A stretch of DNA of 32,000 nucleotides from Moraxella nasovis (GTDB lineage: Bacteria; Pseudomonadota; Gammaproteobacteria; Pseudomonadales; Moraxellaceae), in assembly GCF_022701215.1 (NCBI RefSeq), contig NZ_CP089976.1:1140001-1172000 (forward strand). The letters are read 5' to 3'. The notes below the pieces were generated by a model. It was not told the origin of the DNA and searched no databases. It saw only the letters and a list, made by a program, of their open reading frames with translations. Made by a program: the position numbers and the translations under genes. This document shows, one piece after another, positions 1 to 11,745 of the stretch (the first letter of the stretch is position 1; the number at the start of each line of letters is the position of its first letter).

Positions 1-1661
1 TGATGAAAATGGGTGAGATGGTGCGTGAATCTGACAGCATTGATCAGACGACAGCAGCACTTGTCATTGAAGAGTTTGGACATAATTTGGTGGCAGTAAG
101 TGACACCAAGCTAGAAGACGACCTACAAGAAGCTGTAGATGAGCGTAGTGGTAATATCCAAGCACGCCCGCCTGTTGTTACCATCATGGGGCACGTGGAT
201 CACGGTAAGACATCACTTCTTGATAAAATCCGTGAAACCAAAGTGGCAAGTGGCGAAGCTGGCGGCATCACTCAGCACATCGGTGCGTATCATGTGACTA
301 CTGATCGTGGTGTGATCACCTTCTTAGATACCCCAGGACACGCTGCCTTTACTGCCATGCGTTCTCGTGGTGCAAAAGCAACCGACATCGTTGTACTCGT
401 GGTTGCAGCTGATGATGGTATGATGCCACAGACAGAAGAGGCTATCGATCACGCTCGTGCCGCTGGTACGCCCATCATCGTCGCCATTAATAAGATGGAT
501 AAAGATACCGCCGATCCTGATCGTGTGATTAATGAGTTGTCTGTTAAGGAAGTTATCCCAGAAGAGTGGGGTGGTGATGTGCCGATGATTAAGCTGTCTG
601 CTAAGACAGGTGATGGCATAGATGAGCTACTTGAGACTATTAGTCTACAAGCTGAAATTATGGAGCTTGAAGCCCCTGTTGATGGTGCAGCCCAAGGTGT
701 GGTGATCGAATCTCGCGTAGAAAAAGGCCGCGGTGTCGTAGCCAGTCTATTGGTCAAAAAAGGCACGTTAAGCCAAGGCGACTTAGTGCTAGCGGGTGAA
801 TACTATGGTAAAGTGCGTGCGATGGTTGATGAGAACGGTGGACGCATCAAGCAAGCAGGACCATCTATCCCTGTGGAGATTTTAGGTTTGCCAGAAGCAC
901 CAGCGGCAGGTAGCGAGTTTTTGGTGGTGTCTGATGAGAAAAAAGCTCGTGAAGTTGCTGATTTTCGTGCAGCCCGTGAGCGTGAGCGTGTGCTAGAACG
1001 CCAAAATAAAATGCGTCTTGATACCTTATTTGAGAGCATGGGTAGCGAGGCGAAGACACTAAATCTGATCTTAAAAACAGACGTGCGTGGCTCGCTAGAG
1101 GCATTGCTTGGGGCGTTAGAAGAGCTGTCTACCGATGAGGTAAAAGTTCGTGTCATCAGCTCTGGCGTCGGTGCGATTACAGAATCTGATGTGATTTTGG
1201 CAGAATCTAGTGAGGCGGTGTTACTAGGCTTTAATGTGCGTGCCGACACAGCAGGTAAGCGTAAAGCGGACGAGGCAGGCATTGACATTCGTTATTATAG
1301 TGTCATCTATGGTCTGATTGACGATGTTAAAGCTGCCATGAGTGGTATGCTAGCACCTGAACACCGTGAGAAAATCTTGGGCATCGCTGAGGTGCGTGAG
1401 GTGTTCCGTTCAAGCAAATTTGGTGCAGCAGCAGGCTGTATGGTGCGTGAAGGCACGATTTACCGTAACAAGCCTATCCGTGTTTTACGTGATGATAAAG
1501 TCATCTTTACAGGGCAGTTGCAGTCGTTACGTCGCTATAAAGATGATGTTAATGAAGTGCGTGCTGGCATGGAGTGCGGTCTTGCGGTTAAAGGCTATGA
1601 AGTTGCTACTGGCGACTTGATTGAGGTCTTTGAGATCCAAGAAGTTAAGCGCGAGCTGTAA
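1..1661 (+). CDS. infB: Translation initiation factor IF-2, C-terminal ~550 aa (5' end lies outside the window)
   Basis: The frame is open from the window edge. GTPase motifs [12 protein letters not shown] (G1), DTPGH (G3) and NKMD (G4) are present, followed by the conserved IF-2 C-terminal domains. The infB-rbfA-truB synteny supports the call. Confidence 0.97.
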   Translation, partial: MKMGEMVRESDSIDQTTAALVIEEFGHNLVAVSDTKLEDDLQEAVDERSGNIQARPPVVTIMGHVDHGKTSLLDKIRETKVASGEAGGITQHIGAYHVTTDRGVITFLDTPGHAAFTAMRSRGAKATDIVVLVVAADDGMMPQTEEAIDHARAAGTPIIVAINKMDKDTADPDRVINELSVKEVIPEEWGGDVPMIKLSAKTGDGIDELLETISLQAEIMELEAPVDGAAQGVVIESRVEKGRGVVASLLVKKGTLSQGDLVLAGEYYGKVRAMVDENGGRIKQAGPSIPVEILGLPEAPAAGSEFLVVSDEKKAREVADFRAARERERVLERQNKMRLDTLFESMGSEAKTLNLILKTDVRGSLEALLGALEELSTDEVKVRVISSGVGAITESDVILAESSEAVLLGFNVRADTAGKRKADEAGIDIRYYSVIYGLIDDVKAAMSGMLAPEHREKILGIAEVREVFRSSKFGAAAGCMVREGTIYRNKPIRVLRDDKVIFTGQLQSLRRYKDDVNEVRAGMECGLAVKGYEVATGDLIEVFEIQEVKREL

Positions 1662-1681
1662 TTATCAGCCTTAATGATGTG

Positions 1682-1715
1682 AACAAACCCTGCTATTGCG
1701 GGGTTTGTTTTTTTT
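1682..1715 (+). terminator. Intrinsic terminator downstream of infB
   Basis: AACAAACCCTGC / GCGGGGTTTGTT forms a ~12 bp stem (one G-U pair) with a TATT loop, followed by a run of about 8 T. Confidence 0.7.
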
Positions 1716-1777
1716 AGTCGTGGCGTATTTTTAGGAAATCCGCTATACTATTTGATTATTTATAACAGAGAAATATT

Positions 1778-2179
1778 ATGAATCAACGTTTACAACGCCT
1801 AGCCGACCAAATTCAGCGTACGCTTGCTGTTCTTATTCGTGATGAGATTAATGACCCACGTCTGACAGGCTTTGTTACGATTTCGTCGGTAAAAGTCAGC
1901 CCTGATTTGGGTTATGCCGATGTGTATGTCACCATTTTAGAGCCGTCTCAAGATGGCGGAATGAATAAAGAATCACATAAAGCAAGCCTAGAAGTGCTTA
2001 AAAACGCTGCTGGATTTTTACGCACTGAGCTTAGCCACACCATGAAAACTCGCACCACACCACGGTTACGCTTTCATTATGATGAAGTGGTGGCACATGG
2101 CAATTATATGACGCATCTTGTGAATGAAGCGATGCAAAAAACCAAAGCCAGTGCTACTGATGATGATACCAATGACTAA
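1778..2179 (+). CDS. rbfA: Ribosome-binding factor A
   Basis: 133 aa. The N-terminus RLQRLADQIQRTLAVLIRDEINDPRL and the internal TPRLRFHYD are typical of RbfA. The gene sits between infB and truB. Confidence 0.93.
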   Translation: MNQRLQRLADQIQRTLAVLIRDEINDPRLTGFVTISSVKVSPDLGYADVYVTILEPSQDGGMNKESHKASLEVLKNAAGFLRTELSHTMKTRTTPRLRFHYDEVVAHGNYMTHLVNEAMQKTKASATDDDTND

Positions 2180-3101
2180 ACGCATTGTTAGCGGTGTTTT
2201 ATTGCTTAATAAACCGCAGGGTCTAAGCTCACATCAAGCACTTGCTAAGGCAAAATACCTGTTTAAGTCAGCACAGTTTGACAGCAAAAAAGCAGGGCAT
2301 ACTGGTACGCTAGACCCAATGGCGACAGGGCTTTTGCCGATTTGTTTTGGTGAGGCGACCAAATTTAGCAGTTTTGGGCTTGATGCCGATAAAGGCTACA
2401 CCGCCACCATTCGCCTTGGCGTGCAGACTGACACAGGCGATAAAGAAGGGCAGATGATTGACACTCAGCCTGTGCCGACATTTCATCATAATGCCTTAGC
2501 TGAAGTTGCAAGCAAGCTGACTGGCGATATTTTACAGACGCCGCCTATGTATTCAGCTCTTAAAAAAGACGGTAAAAAACTGTACGAATATGCAAGGCAA
2601 GGCTTACAGATTGAACGTCAAGCTCGACCCATTCATATCACAAGCTTGACATTAGATAAGCTGTCTGATGATGAGATTGCTTTACACGTTATCTGCTCTA
2701 AAGGCACTTATGTGCGCGTCTTAGGTGAAACTGTGGCAAATTTGCTTGGTACAGTGGGGCATTTGACCGCACTTCATCGCACTAAGACAGGCGGTTTTGA
2801 TGTGGCAAATGCCCTAAGCCTTGATGAGCTGGAAAACTTGGCGTTTGATGAGCGATTTGACAAATTGCTACCGATTGACGCACTTTTGACGCATCTGCCG
2901 ATTGTCTTATTAAATGAGAGTGAAACCAAGCGGATAAAAATGGGACAACGATTGAATATCAAGGATAGAATTGGCGAGCTTAAATTTAGTGAGGAAGTCG
3001 TGCAAGTGCGTCTGTATCATAATGGCAGATTTGTAGGACTTGGGCAAGTTGAAATAACTGGGCGATTGCAACCTATGCGAGTGGTACACAGCACTTTGTA
3101 A
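2172..3101 (+). CDS. truB: tRNA pseudouridine-55 synthase TruB
   Basis: The motif GVLLLNKPQGLSSH...GHTGTLDPMATGLLPICFGEATK contains the catalytic Asp motif HxGTLDP. I prefer the ATG at 2172, which overlaps the rbfA stop (ATGACTAA). The ORF-track start at 2124 would add a non-conserved 16 aa lying inside rbfA. Confidence 0.92.
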   Translation: MTKRIVSGVLLLNKPQGLSSHQALAKAKYLFKSAQFDSKKAGHTGTLDPMATGLLPICFGEATKFSSFGLDADKGYTATIRLGVQTDTGDKEGQMIDTQPVPTFHHNALAEVASKLTGDILQTPPMYSALKKDGKKLYEYARQGLQIERQARPIHITSLTLDKLSDDEIALHVICSKGTYVRVLGETVANLLGTVGHLTALHRTKTGGFDVANALSLDELENLAFDERFDKLLPIDALLTHLPIVLLNESETKRIKMGQRLNIKDRIGELKFSEEVVQVRLYHNGRFVGLGQVEITGRLQPMRVVHSTL

Positions 3102-3127
3102 TTTTTTGTAAAAATATAAAAATATAC

Positions 3128-3157
3128 TTGCCAAAAGGTTACAGGGAGGGGTAGAAT
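3128..3157 (+). promoter_or_regulatory. Candidate sigma70 promoter for the OMP gene
   Basis: TTGCCA (3128-3133), an 18 nt spacer, then TAGAAT (3152-3157). The site lies about 55 nt upstream of the start codon. Confidence 0.35.
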
Positions 3158-3213
3158 AATGTCGCTTTGCTTGTTATTAAGCAATTGTTATCTCTTTTTA
3201 TTAAGGTAAGTTT

Positions 3214-3912
3214 ATGAAAAAAGTACTACTTGCGGTTGCTCTAGCTGGCATTTCAAGTGCAGCCATGGCAAATTTAAATTTCAATACCAATGGTCTATAT
3301 GTACAAGGCGATGTCGGCTATTCTAAATTAGAAGCCAAAGAAGATGGCGATAAGCTAAAAGATAATTCAACCAGTTTTAGCATCGCTGTTGGTAAAGATT
3401 TGGGTAATACCCGTTATCAACTAGATTATACCAATTTTGGTAAAATTGAGAAGATTGAAGAACGTAATCTTACCCAAGGTGAGCTAAATACAGTAACACA
3501 AATTGTAGAGCGACGTATTAATACGCCATTAAATCCTGCTTTGTTATCAGCGAAAGGCGTTAATAACGTTGAAGGTAAGATTCAGTCTGTGGGTCTATCA
3601 GCCATTTATGATTTACAGACGGTATCAGGTTTTACCCCTTATGTTGGCGGACGTATTGGTATTAACCAATTAAAAGTTAGTCATGATATCACTGGTTATG
3701 CCTCATATAACGGACAACAATCTAGCAAAACTCAAAATATCGCTAAACATAAGGACACCAAAGTTGGTGCAGGCGTACTTGCAGGCGTACAATATGCGGT
3801 TAATCCAAATTTAGCACTTGATGCTGGTGTTCAATACAACTATCTTGGCAAATTTGATGGTATTAAGGCAAACCAATACGGAGCAAAAGTTGGCGTGCGT
3901 TATAGTTTTTAA
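3214..3912 (+). CDS. Small outer-membrane beta-barrel protein (OmpA-like/opacity-type 8-strand barrel family)
   Basis: Signal peptide MKKVLLAVALAGISSAAMA. Alternating amphipathic strands are visible (YVQGDVGYSKL, FSIAVGKDLG, VGLSAIYDL, YVGGRIGIN, GAGVLAGVQYAV, ALDAGVQYNYLG). The C-terminus GVRYSF ends in the terminal Phe typical of OMPs. Confidence 0.8.
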   Translation: MKKVLLAVALAGISSAAMANLNFNTNGLYVQGDVGYSKLEAKEDGDKLKDNSTSFSIAVGKDLGNTRYQLDYTNFGKIEKIEERNLTQGELNTVTQIVERRINTPLNPALLSAKGVNNVEGKIQSVGLSAIYDLQTVSGFTPYVGGRIGINQLKVSHDITGYASYNGQQSSKTQNIAKHKDTKVGAGVLAGVQYAVNPNLALDAGVQYNYLGKFDGIKANQYGAKVGVRYSF

Positions 3913-3942
3913 TAGACTGTAATGCGATTGGTTAATTGCCAA

Positions 3943-3984
3943 AATAAATCAATCCCCTGTGTATACGCAGGGGATTGATTTATT
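3943..3984 (+). terminator. Hairpin terminator after the OMP gene (possibly bidirectional)
   Basis: A perfect 17 bp inverted repeat, AATAAATCAATCCCCTG (3943-3959) / CAGGGGATTGATTTATT (3968-3984), with an 8 nt loop. It is flanked by A-rich sequence on the 5' side and T-rich sequence on the 3' side. Confidence 0.6.
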
Positions 3985-4011
3985 GTACATCGCTTTATTG
4001 TGTGTTATAAT
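3983..4011 (+). promoter_or_regulatory. Candidate rpsO promoter (extended -10)
   Basis: TTGTAC (3983-3988), a 17 nt spacer, then TGtTATAAT (4003-4011). This would leave a leader of about 100 nt before rpsO. Confidence 0.5.
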
Positions 4012-4115
4012 GAACGATGTGTCAATTTGGCATTTTAAATTTAAAGATTAGGCAGACTTTGGCAATGCAACGTTTGCCCGAATTTATCCTGCATTGCTTA
4101 AATTAGGAAACGACT

Positions 4116-4382
4116 ATGTTAACCACTCAAGACCGTAGCGACATCATCGCAAAATACAAACAAAGTGAAAACGACACGGGTAGCCCAGAAGTTCAAGTAG
4201 CTCTTTTGACCGCTCGCATTAATGATTTGCAAGCTCACTTTAAAGCTCATAAAGCTGACCATCACAGCCGTCGTGGTCTAATCCGTATGGTAAACCAACG
4301 CCGTAAACTGCTTGACTATCTAAAGGGTAAGGATCTAAACCGCTATACAGACCTTATCAGCTCGCTTGGTCTTCGCCGTTAA
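4116..4382 (+). CDS. rpsO: 30S ribosomal protein S15
   Basis: 88 aa. [49 protein letters not shown] is the canonical S15 sequence. An AGGAAA ribosome-binding site lies upstream. Confidence 0.97.
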   Translation: MLTTQDRSDIIAKYKQSENDTGSPEVQVALLTARINDLQAHFKAHKADHHSRRGLIRMVNQRRKLLDYLKGKDLNRYTDLISSLGLRR

Positions 4383-4435
4383 TCGGTTATTAAGATGGGC
4401 GAAGTGTCTTATGGCTTAAATCCCCATCGTGATAT

Positions 4436-4477
4436 AAAACGGCATGCCTAACAGTATGTCGTTTTGTTTTTTGTTTT
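4436..4477 (+). terminator. Intrinsic terminator after rpsO
   Basis: AAAACGGCAT (4436-4445) pairs with ATGTCGTTTT (4456-4465), with one G-U pair, followed by GTTTTTTGTTTT. Confidence 0.6.
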
Positions 4478-4587
4478 GGGTAAATTTAGATCTCTAAAGA
4501 TTGGGATTCTTCTTGCGTTGGTAATTTGGTAATAATGCCATTTGGTCAAGATATAAAGAATGCCACTCTTAGGGCTTTAAATTACCC
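4478..4587 (+). promoter_or_regulatory. Long imperfect hairpin in the pnp 5' leader (candidate RNase III / autoregulatory stem)
   Basis: The 5' arm GGGTAAATTTAGATCTCTAAAGATTGGGATTC is largely complementary to the 3' arm GAATGCCACTCTTAGGGCTTTAAATTACCC (pairing GGGTAA/TTACCC, TTTA/TAAA, CTAA/TTAG, GAAT/ATTC). It ends 22 nt before the pnp ATG. The functional assignment is by analogy to the E. coli pnp leader. Confidence 0.35.
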
Positions 4588-4609
4588 AACCTATTAGAAA
4601 GGAAATATT

Positions 4610-6700
4610 ATGTTTAACACAATTCGTCAAGAATTCCAGTACGGCAATCAGCAGGTTGTCTTAGAGACAGGTCGTGTGGCTCGCCAAGCTAATAGCGTAC
4701 TTGTCCACATGGGTGATGTATCAGTATTAGTTGCTGTGGTTGTGCGTCCTACTGCCAACCCAGGTCAAGACTTTTTCCCATTGACCGTAAACTACCAAGA
4801 AAAAATGTATGCTGCTGGTAAAATCCCCGGTGGTTATGGCAAGCGTGAAGGCCGTGCTAGCGAATTTGAGACGCTGACTAGCCGTCTAATCGACCGCCCA
4901 ATTCGTCCGCTATTCCCAGAAGGCTACTATAACGAAATCCAAGTAACAGCGACCGTCATTTCATCGGGTAAAACCCAAGATGCTGACATTGCTGCCATGA
5001 TTGGTACGTCTGCTGCATTGGCAATTAGCCCAGCCCCATTTAACGGTCCAATTGGAGCGGCACGTGTGGGCTTTATTGATGGCGAATATGTACTAAACCC
5101 AACTCTTGCTGATGTAAAACAAAGCGAGCTTGATTTGGTTGTTGCAGGTACCAAATCAGCTGTCTTGATGGTGGAATCTGAAGCAAAAGAGCTCTCAGAA
5201 GATCAAATGCTTGGTGCGGTGCTATATGGACATGCCCAACAGCAAATCGTGATTGATAATATCAATGCCTTTGCCGAAGCGGTTGGCGTTACCAAACAAG
5301 AATTCATCGCTCCTGCGATTGACGAGGCTTTAAATGACGAATTAAAAGCTAAATTTACCGATAAAGTAAGTGAAGCCTACACCATTACTGTCAAGCAAGA
5401 TCGTTATGCACGCTTAGATGAATTGCAAACTGAAGCCCTAGCTTTAGCAGGCGATGAGACAGCAGAAGACTATGAAGAAAAAGTCAACCACATCAAAGAG
5501 CTGTTTGACACCCTAAAATACCGCACTGTGCGTGATAACATTCTATCAGGCAAGCCACGTATTGATGGGCGTGACTTAGAGACTGTGCGTGCCTTGGATA
5601 TCCAAGTGGGCGTGCTGCCTTATACGCATGGTTCAGCTTTATTCACTCGTGGTGAAACCCAAGCACTTGTGGTCACGACATTAGGCAGTAGCCGTGATGT
5701 GAATCTTGTAGATAGCCTAGCAGGCACTAAACAAGACAGCTTTATGTTACACTATAACTTCCCGCATTATTCAGTGGGTGAGACGGGACGTGAAGGCGGG
5801 CCAAAGCGTCGTGAAATCGGCCATGGACGCCTTGCTCGACGTGGCGTACAAGCCATGCTTCCTGCAGCAGAACGCTTCCCATACACTATCCGTGTGGTTT
5901 CTGAGATTACCGAATCAAATGGCTCAAGCTCAATGGCGTCAGTGTGTGGTGCGTCATTATCGCTGATGGATGCTGGCGTACCGCTAAAAGCCCCTGTGGC
6001 AGGCATTGCTATGGGCTTGGTAAAAGAAGGCGACCGTTTTGCTGTACTGTCTGACATCTTAGGTGATGAAGACCATCTGGGCGATATGGACTTTAAAGTA
6101 GCAGGTTCTGTTAATGGTATCACAGCTTTACAGATGGATATTAAGATTGAAGGCATTACCAGCGACATCATGGAGCAAGCTTTAAAGCAAGCTCATGCAG
6201 GGCGTATCCATATCCTAAACGCTATGAATGATGTCATTGCTGAATCTCGCACTGAGATTAATGCTCATGCGCCAAACTATGCAACCATTGAGATTAATCC
6301 TGAGAAAATCCGTGATGTTATCGGTAAAGGCGGTGCTACCATTCGTGCCTTGACTGAAGAGACGGGTGCAACCATTGACATTGACGACAATGGCACTATT
6401 CGTATCTTTGGACAAAATAAGGCGTCAACTCGTGCAGCATTAAACCAAATCGAAGTGCTGACCGCTGAAGTTGAAGTTGGTAAGGTCTATGAAGGCACCG
6501 TAGCCCGTATCGTAGACTTTGGGGCATTCGTTACCGTATTGCCTGGCACAGATGGCTTGGTGCATATCAGCCAAATATCAGATGAACGTGTAGAGAGCGT
6601 GGGTGATTACCTAAAAGAAGGTCAAACGGTTAAAGTGCAAGTGCAAGACATTGACAATCGTGGACGCATTAAGCTAACCATGAAAGGCATTGAACAATAA
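4610..6700 (+). CDS. pnp: Polyribonucleotide nucleotidyltransferase (PNPase)
   Basis: 696 aa containing two RNase PH domains, a KH domain ([21 protein letters not shown]) and a C-terminal S1 domain ([18 protein letters not shown]). The rpsO-pnp synteny supports the call. Confidence 0.98.
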   Translation: MFNTIRQEFQYGNQQVVLETGRVARQANSVLVHMGDVSVLVAVVVRPTANPGQDFFPLTVNYQEKMYAAGKIPGGYGKREGRASEFETLTSRLIDRPIRPLFPEGYYNEIQVTATVISSGKTQDADIAAMIGTSAALAISPAPFNGPIGAARVGFIDGEYVLNPTLADVKQSELDLVVAGTKSAVLMVESEAKELSEDQMLGAVLYGHAQQQIVIDNINAFAEAVGVTKQEFIAPAIDEALNDELKAKFTDKVSEAYTITVKQDRYARLDELQTEALALAGDETAEDYEEKVNHIKELFDTLKYRTVRDNILSGKPRIDGRDLETVRALDIQVGVLPYTHGSALFTRGETQALVVTTLGSSRDVNLVDSLAGTKQDSFMLHYNFPHYSVGETGREGGPKRREIGHGRLARRGVQAMLPAAERFPYTIRVVSEITESNGSSSMASVCGASLSLMDAGVPLKAPVAGIAMGLVKEGDRFAVLSDILGDEDHLGDMDFKVAGSVNGITALQMDIKIEGITSDIMEQALKQAHAGRIHILNAMNDVIAESRTEINAHAPNYATIEINPEKIRDVIGKGGATIRALTEETGATIDIDDNGTIRIFGQNKASTRAALNQIEVLTAEVEVGKVYEGTVARIVDFGAFVTVLPGTDGLVHISQISDERVESVGDYLKEGQTVKVQVQDIDNRGRIKLTMKGIEQ

Positions 6701-6722
6701 TCATAACCGCAATATTGCAAAG

Positions 6723-6750
6723 CCGTCAAATGTCAATTTGGCGGTTTTTT
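6723..6750 (+). terminator. Intrinsic terminator after pnp
   Basis: CCGTCAAA (6723-6730) pairs with TTTGGCGG (6737-6744), with one G-U pair, followed by TTTTTT. Confidence 0.55.
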
Positions 6751-7098
6751 CGCAAAAGTGCAATTTTTTATGATTTTAATAAAAGATGCAACCATCATCG
6801 GTTTGGTGCAATCATCTTTTTAATGCAAAACCCATACGTCTTTGAAACTGTAGTAAAAGATGGCGTCCCTAGTACACAGCTAATTTTTGGTGTGAACATT
6901 AGCTATCCATTTAGCAGAAGCGGCAGGCGGCAAACTCTTGCTAAGATTTAGTTATTTTTCATACAAAAGCGTTTAAAATATTGCCAAATTATTTTTATTT
7001 TATAAAAAGTGTTATAAAGGCTCAAATGCTTTAAAATACCATTTAAAAATTGTTAGGCTTATGGTACATTGACTAATTTTTTAACATTGCAACGCTAA

Positions 7099-9150
<2,052 letters not shown>

Positions 9151-9159
9151 GCAAGTGAC

Positions 9160-10062
9160 ATGCAAATAAGACAGCACGATGGTGGCAATCTTGGCTCTAT
9201 GGTTGGGCTGGTTATCGGCTGTGTGCTGTTTGGTCTTGGCAGTTTAATCGTGGCTCATGTTGATGGTGTTGGTGGTTTTGCAATGGCGTTTTGGCGACTG
9301 CTGGTATCAACGCTGATTTTTTGGGTATTGGCACGAATGTTTCACCAAGCTTTCCCAAGTCACCCCAAAGCCATCATGTTTGCGTTGCTGTCTGGGGTGG
9401 CTTTAGGGCTTGATCTTGGGCTTTGGCATGAGAGTATCTATGCGGTAGGCCCGGGTATTTCAACGCTATTAAACAGTTTACAGATTTTCTTTTTGGCGTT
9501 TATTGGCTTTGTGTGGTTTGGTGAACGTCAGTCAAGAATGCAGCTGTTTAGCTTGATTTTAGCGTCATTTGGTGTGCTGCTTATTGCAAGCCCTGAGTTT
9601 TCACATAACCAAGCGGCGTTATGGGGCTTTATTTCAGGTATCACTTCTGGCGGATGCTTGGCACTGTCAATGGCTTTTGTACGGCGAACGCATGAGTTTG
9701 ATAGCGTGGCGATTTTGCCGATGATGACCATCATTGGAATCGGTGGGGCAGCCTCCTTATTGCCTGTAATGCTCATTTACAATCAAGGACAGCTTATGCC
9801 CACAACATTTGCTGAAGTGGGCTGGATATTAGTCTATGGAGCGGTCATGCAGTGCTTGGCATGGGGGCTGATTGCCTATAGTATTCCTAAGCTTGCTTTG
9901 TCTTTAACAGGGCTTTTACTTTTATCTGAGCCTGTGGCTGCACTTGCTATTGATTATTTTTGGCTACATAAGCCAATCAACAAAGCTCAGTGGAGCGGTG
10001 CTGTGATTGTTATGCTTGCCATTTATCTTGGGTCGGTTAGCCAAAGAAAATCACGTTCATAA
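9160..10062 (+). CDS. EamA/DMT-superfamily permease
   Basis: About 10 predicted hydrophobic helices in two EamA-like halves. It starts 9 nt after the ligA stop. The true start could be the internal Met at 9199. Confidence 0.75.
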   Translation: MQIRQHDGGNLGSMVGLVIGCVLFGLGSLIVAHVDGVGGFAMAFWRLLVSTLIFWVLARMFHQAFPSHPKAIMFALLSGVALGLDLGLWHESIYAVGPGISTLLNSLQIFFLAFIGFVWFGERQSRMQLFSLILASFGVLLIASPEFSHNQAALWGFISGITSGGCLALSMAFVRRTHEFDSVAILPMMTIIGIGGAASLLPVMLIYNQGQLMPTTFAEVGWILVYGAVMQCLAWGLIAYSIPKLALSLTGLLLLSEPVAALAIDYFWLHKPINKAQWSGAVIVMLAIYLGSVSQRKSRS

Positions 10063-10068
10063 TTAAGA

Positions 10069-10641
10069 TTAATGCGTTTTTGGCGATTGTGGCTGTATAA
10101 TGACAGGCAAAACAAGCCCTTTGCCAAATTCCCCTGAAAATACATAATCATGCGTCTCGCCTACTACATCATCGGTGGTTTCGATGATTAAAGATGGATT
10201 GTCTCCATCGGTTAATGAATGCCCAACGTATTTGCCATCAATCAGCTGATCTAAGACCTTAGCCAGCACTTCTGGGGCTGCCATGCTAACGACGATGCTG
10301 TGCTGAGCCTTTTTATCGCTGATGCCATAGGCTTTAGCGTAGTTTTTCACCGCTAAGCTATCGATCGCGATAGGGTAATTGTAACTATTGAGATTTGCTC
10401 GAGATTCGTTCGTGTCGATAAGCTGCCAGTTGATTTGGGTTTTGCCATCGGCTGTGATAATAGGCTTAGATTCGCTAAGCTCACTGCCTGATACATTCTG
10501 ATTTTGTGTCTCATTGCTAAGTGGTGTTGTGTGAGATGTAGCAGTGTCGGTACTTGGCGATGGGCTTTGGGTGCTTTGCTGGTTGCAAGCGGACATCAGA
10601 CAGGCGATGGCGATTAAGGCGAGTGTGGTATGTGTTTTCAT
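10069..10641 (-). CDS. Lipoprotein of unknown function
   Basis: The preferred start gives MKTHTTLALIAIACLMSAC with a lipobox (LMSAC). A Ser/Thr/Pro/Gln-rich linker follows, then a ~120 aa globular domain. The ORF-track start at 10677 adds 12 residues ahead of the signal peptide. Confidence 0.7.
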   Translation of the reverse strand: MKTHTTLALIAIACLMSACNQQSTQSPSPSTDTATSHTTPLSNETQNQNVSGSELSESKPIITADGKTQINWQLIDTNESRANLNSYNYPIAIDSLAVKNYAKAYGISDKKAQHSIVVSMAAPEVLAKVLDQLIDGKYVGHSLTDGDNPSLIIETTDDVVGETHDYVFSGEFGKGLVLPVIIQPQSPKTH

Positions 10642-10725
10642 TGTATCAATCAAATAGACATAAAAAATTTGCTGCAAAGGTGAATTTTAGCATAAAAACC
10701 CCATAGGGTAAAAACTGGAAGTAAA

Positions 10726-11670
10726 ATGAGTGTATTAAAGCAATTCTCTAAAAAATCACCTATAAAGCCCCACATCAAGGACAGCCCGCTTTTTATGGGG
10801 GTGTTCTTAGCGTTATTGTCAAATGTCTTATTTGGCGTGCTGTATGTTTATGGGAAATGGGTCGCCATTTTATCTGGAACAAGTGTGTTCTTATGGCGGC
10901 TTGTGATGATGTGGGTTTGTATGACACTGTTTTTAATCCTAACTCGGCAGATGACCGTGGTTGCAACTGACATTGGGGCGATAAAAGGGCTAAAGTCGTG
11001 GCTTTGGTTGCTTATTCCTACGCCGATTTTTGCAAGTCAATTATGGCTGTTCATGTGGGCGCCGCTAAATGGTCACGGTGTGGCAACAGCGATGGGTTAT
11101 TTTTTATTTCCGCTTGTGATGGTATTGTTTGGGGCAGCACTGTTTAAAGAGCGGCTATCACGACTACAATGGTGTGCTGTGGCGTTGGCAGCTGTGGGCG
11201 TTACCCTTGAGATAATTCGTACAGGAAGTATTAGTTGGGCGACTTTTTGGGTGTGTGGCACATATCCGATTTATTATATCATGCGACGACGTCAGGGTAT
11301 TCGGGCATTGACAGGGCTGTATTTTGACACTTGTATCATCGCTCCTGTATGCCTGCTGTGGTTATTAATGAATGATTGGCAAGGCGTTCGTATGGTGCTG
11401 TTTGATGGCTGGATTTTGGTGAAAATATTTGGGCTAGGTGCTTTGAGCGTACTGGCATTGCAGTCTAATCTTGAGGCGAATCATCGGCTGCCTGTGAGCT
11501 TATTTGGTATGCTTGGCTATCTTGAGCCTGCTTTATTGTTTGTGCTGGCTGTCACCGTGCTTGGCGGAGAGTTTGATATGGATATGCTGGCAAGCTATGG
11601 GTTAATTTGGATGGGGATTTTATGCCTAATTATCCAAGGTGTCTTAGTAAGTCGCCGCAGAAGTTACTAA
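10726..11670 (+). CDS. rarD: RarD-type EamA family transporter
   Basis: Polytopic membrane protein. The segments GYFLFPLVMVLFGAALFKERLSRLQW and LGYLEPALLFVLAVTVLGGEF...IWMGI match the conserved RarD blocks as I recall them from E. coli RarD. Confidence 0.75.
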   Translation: MSVLKQFSKKSPIKPHIKDSPLFMGVFLALLSNVLFGVLYVYGKWVAILSGTSVFLWRLVMMWVCMTLFLILTRQMTVVATDIGAIKGLKSWLWLLIPTPIFASQLWLFMWAPLNGHGVATAMGYFLFPLVMVLFGAALFKERLSRLQWCAVALAAVGVTLEIIRTGSISWATFWVCGTYPIYYIMRRRQGIRALTGLYFDTCIIAPVCLLWLLMNDWQGVRMVLFDGWILVKIFGLGALSVLALQSNLEANHRLPVSLFGMLGYLEPALLFVLAVTVLGGEFDMDMLASYGLIWMGILCLIIQGVLVSRRRSY

Positions 11671-11692
11671 GCGATAAAAATTACTAGGCAAT

Positions 11693-11723
11693 AACGGTCG
11701 AAAAATTGCCTGCCGACCGTTTT
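11693..11723. terminator. Hairpin between the convergent rarD and smpB genes
   Basis: AACGGTCG (11693-11700) pairs with CGACCGTT (11714-11721), followed by a short T run. The stem is short and the loop is 13 nt. Confidence 0.4.
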
Positions 11724-11745
11724 GATGGGGCGTTTGATACAGTGA

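Noticed and set aside
803-1288. 161 aa minus-strand ORF inside infB, plus 449-766 and 865-1104
   Set aside because: These lie antisense to the conserved IF-2 frame and have Ser/Ala/Arg-rich composition. They are shadow ORFs.
2124-2171. Longer ORF-track starts for truB (2124), the ferredoxin (13837), nfsA (12438) and the lipoprotein (10677)
   Set aside because: The extensions overlap upstream genes or precede the signal peptide, and they lack conserved residues. Each downstream ATG has a better ribosome-binding site or an ATGA-type coupling, and begins at the conserved family N-terminus.
6715-6951. 78 aa plus-strand ORF in the pnp-ligA spacer
   Set aside because: It starts at a TTG inside the pnp terminator hairpin and has no Shine-Dalgarno sequence. 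Its Phe/Arg/Asn-rich composition is odd. I treated it as non-coding, and the spacer itself is listed as a finding.
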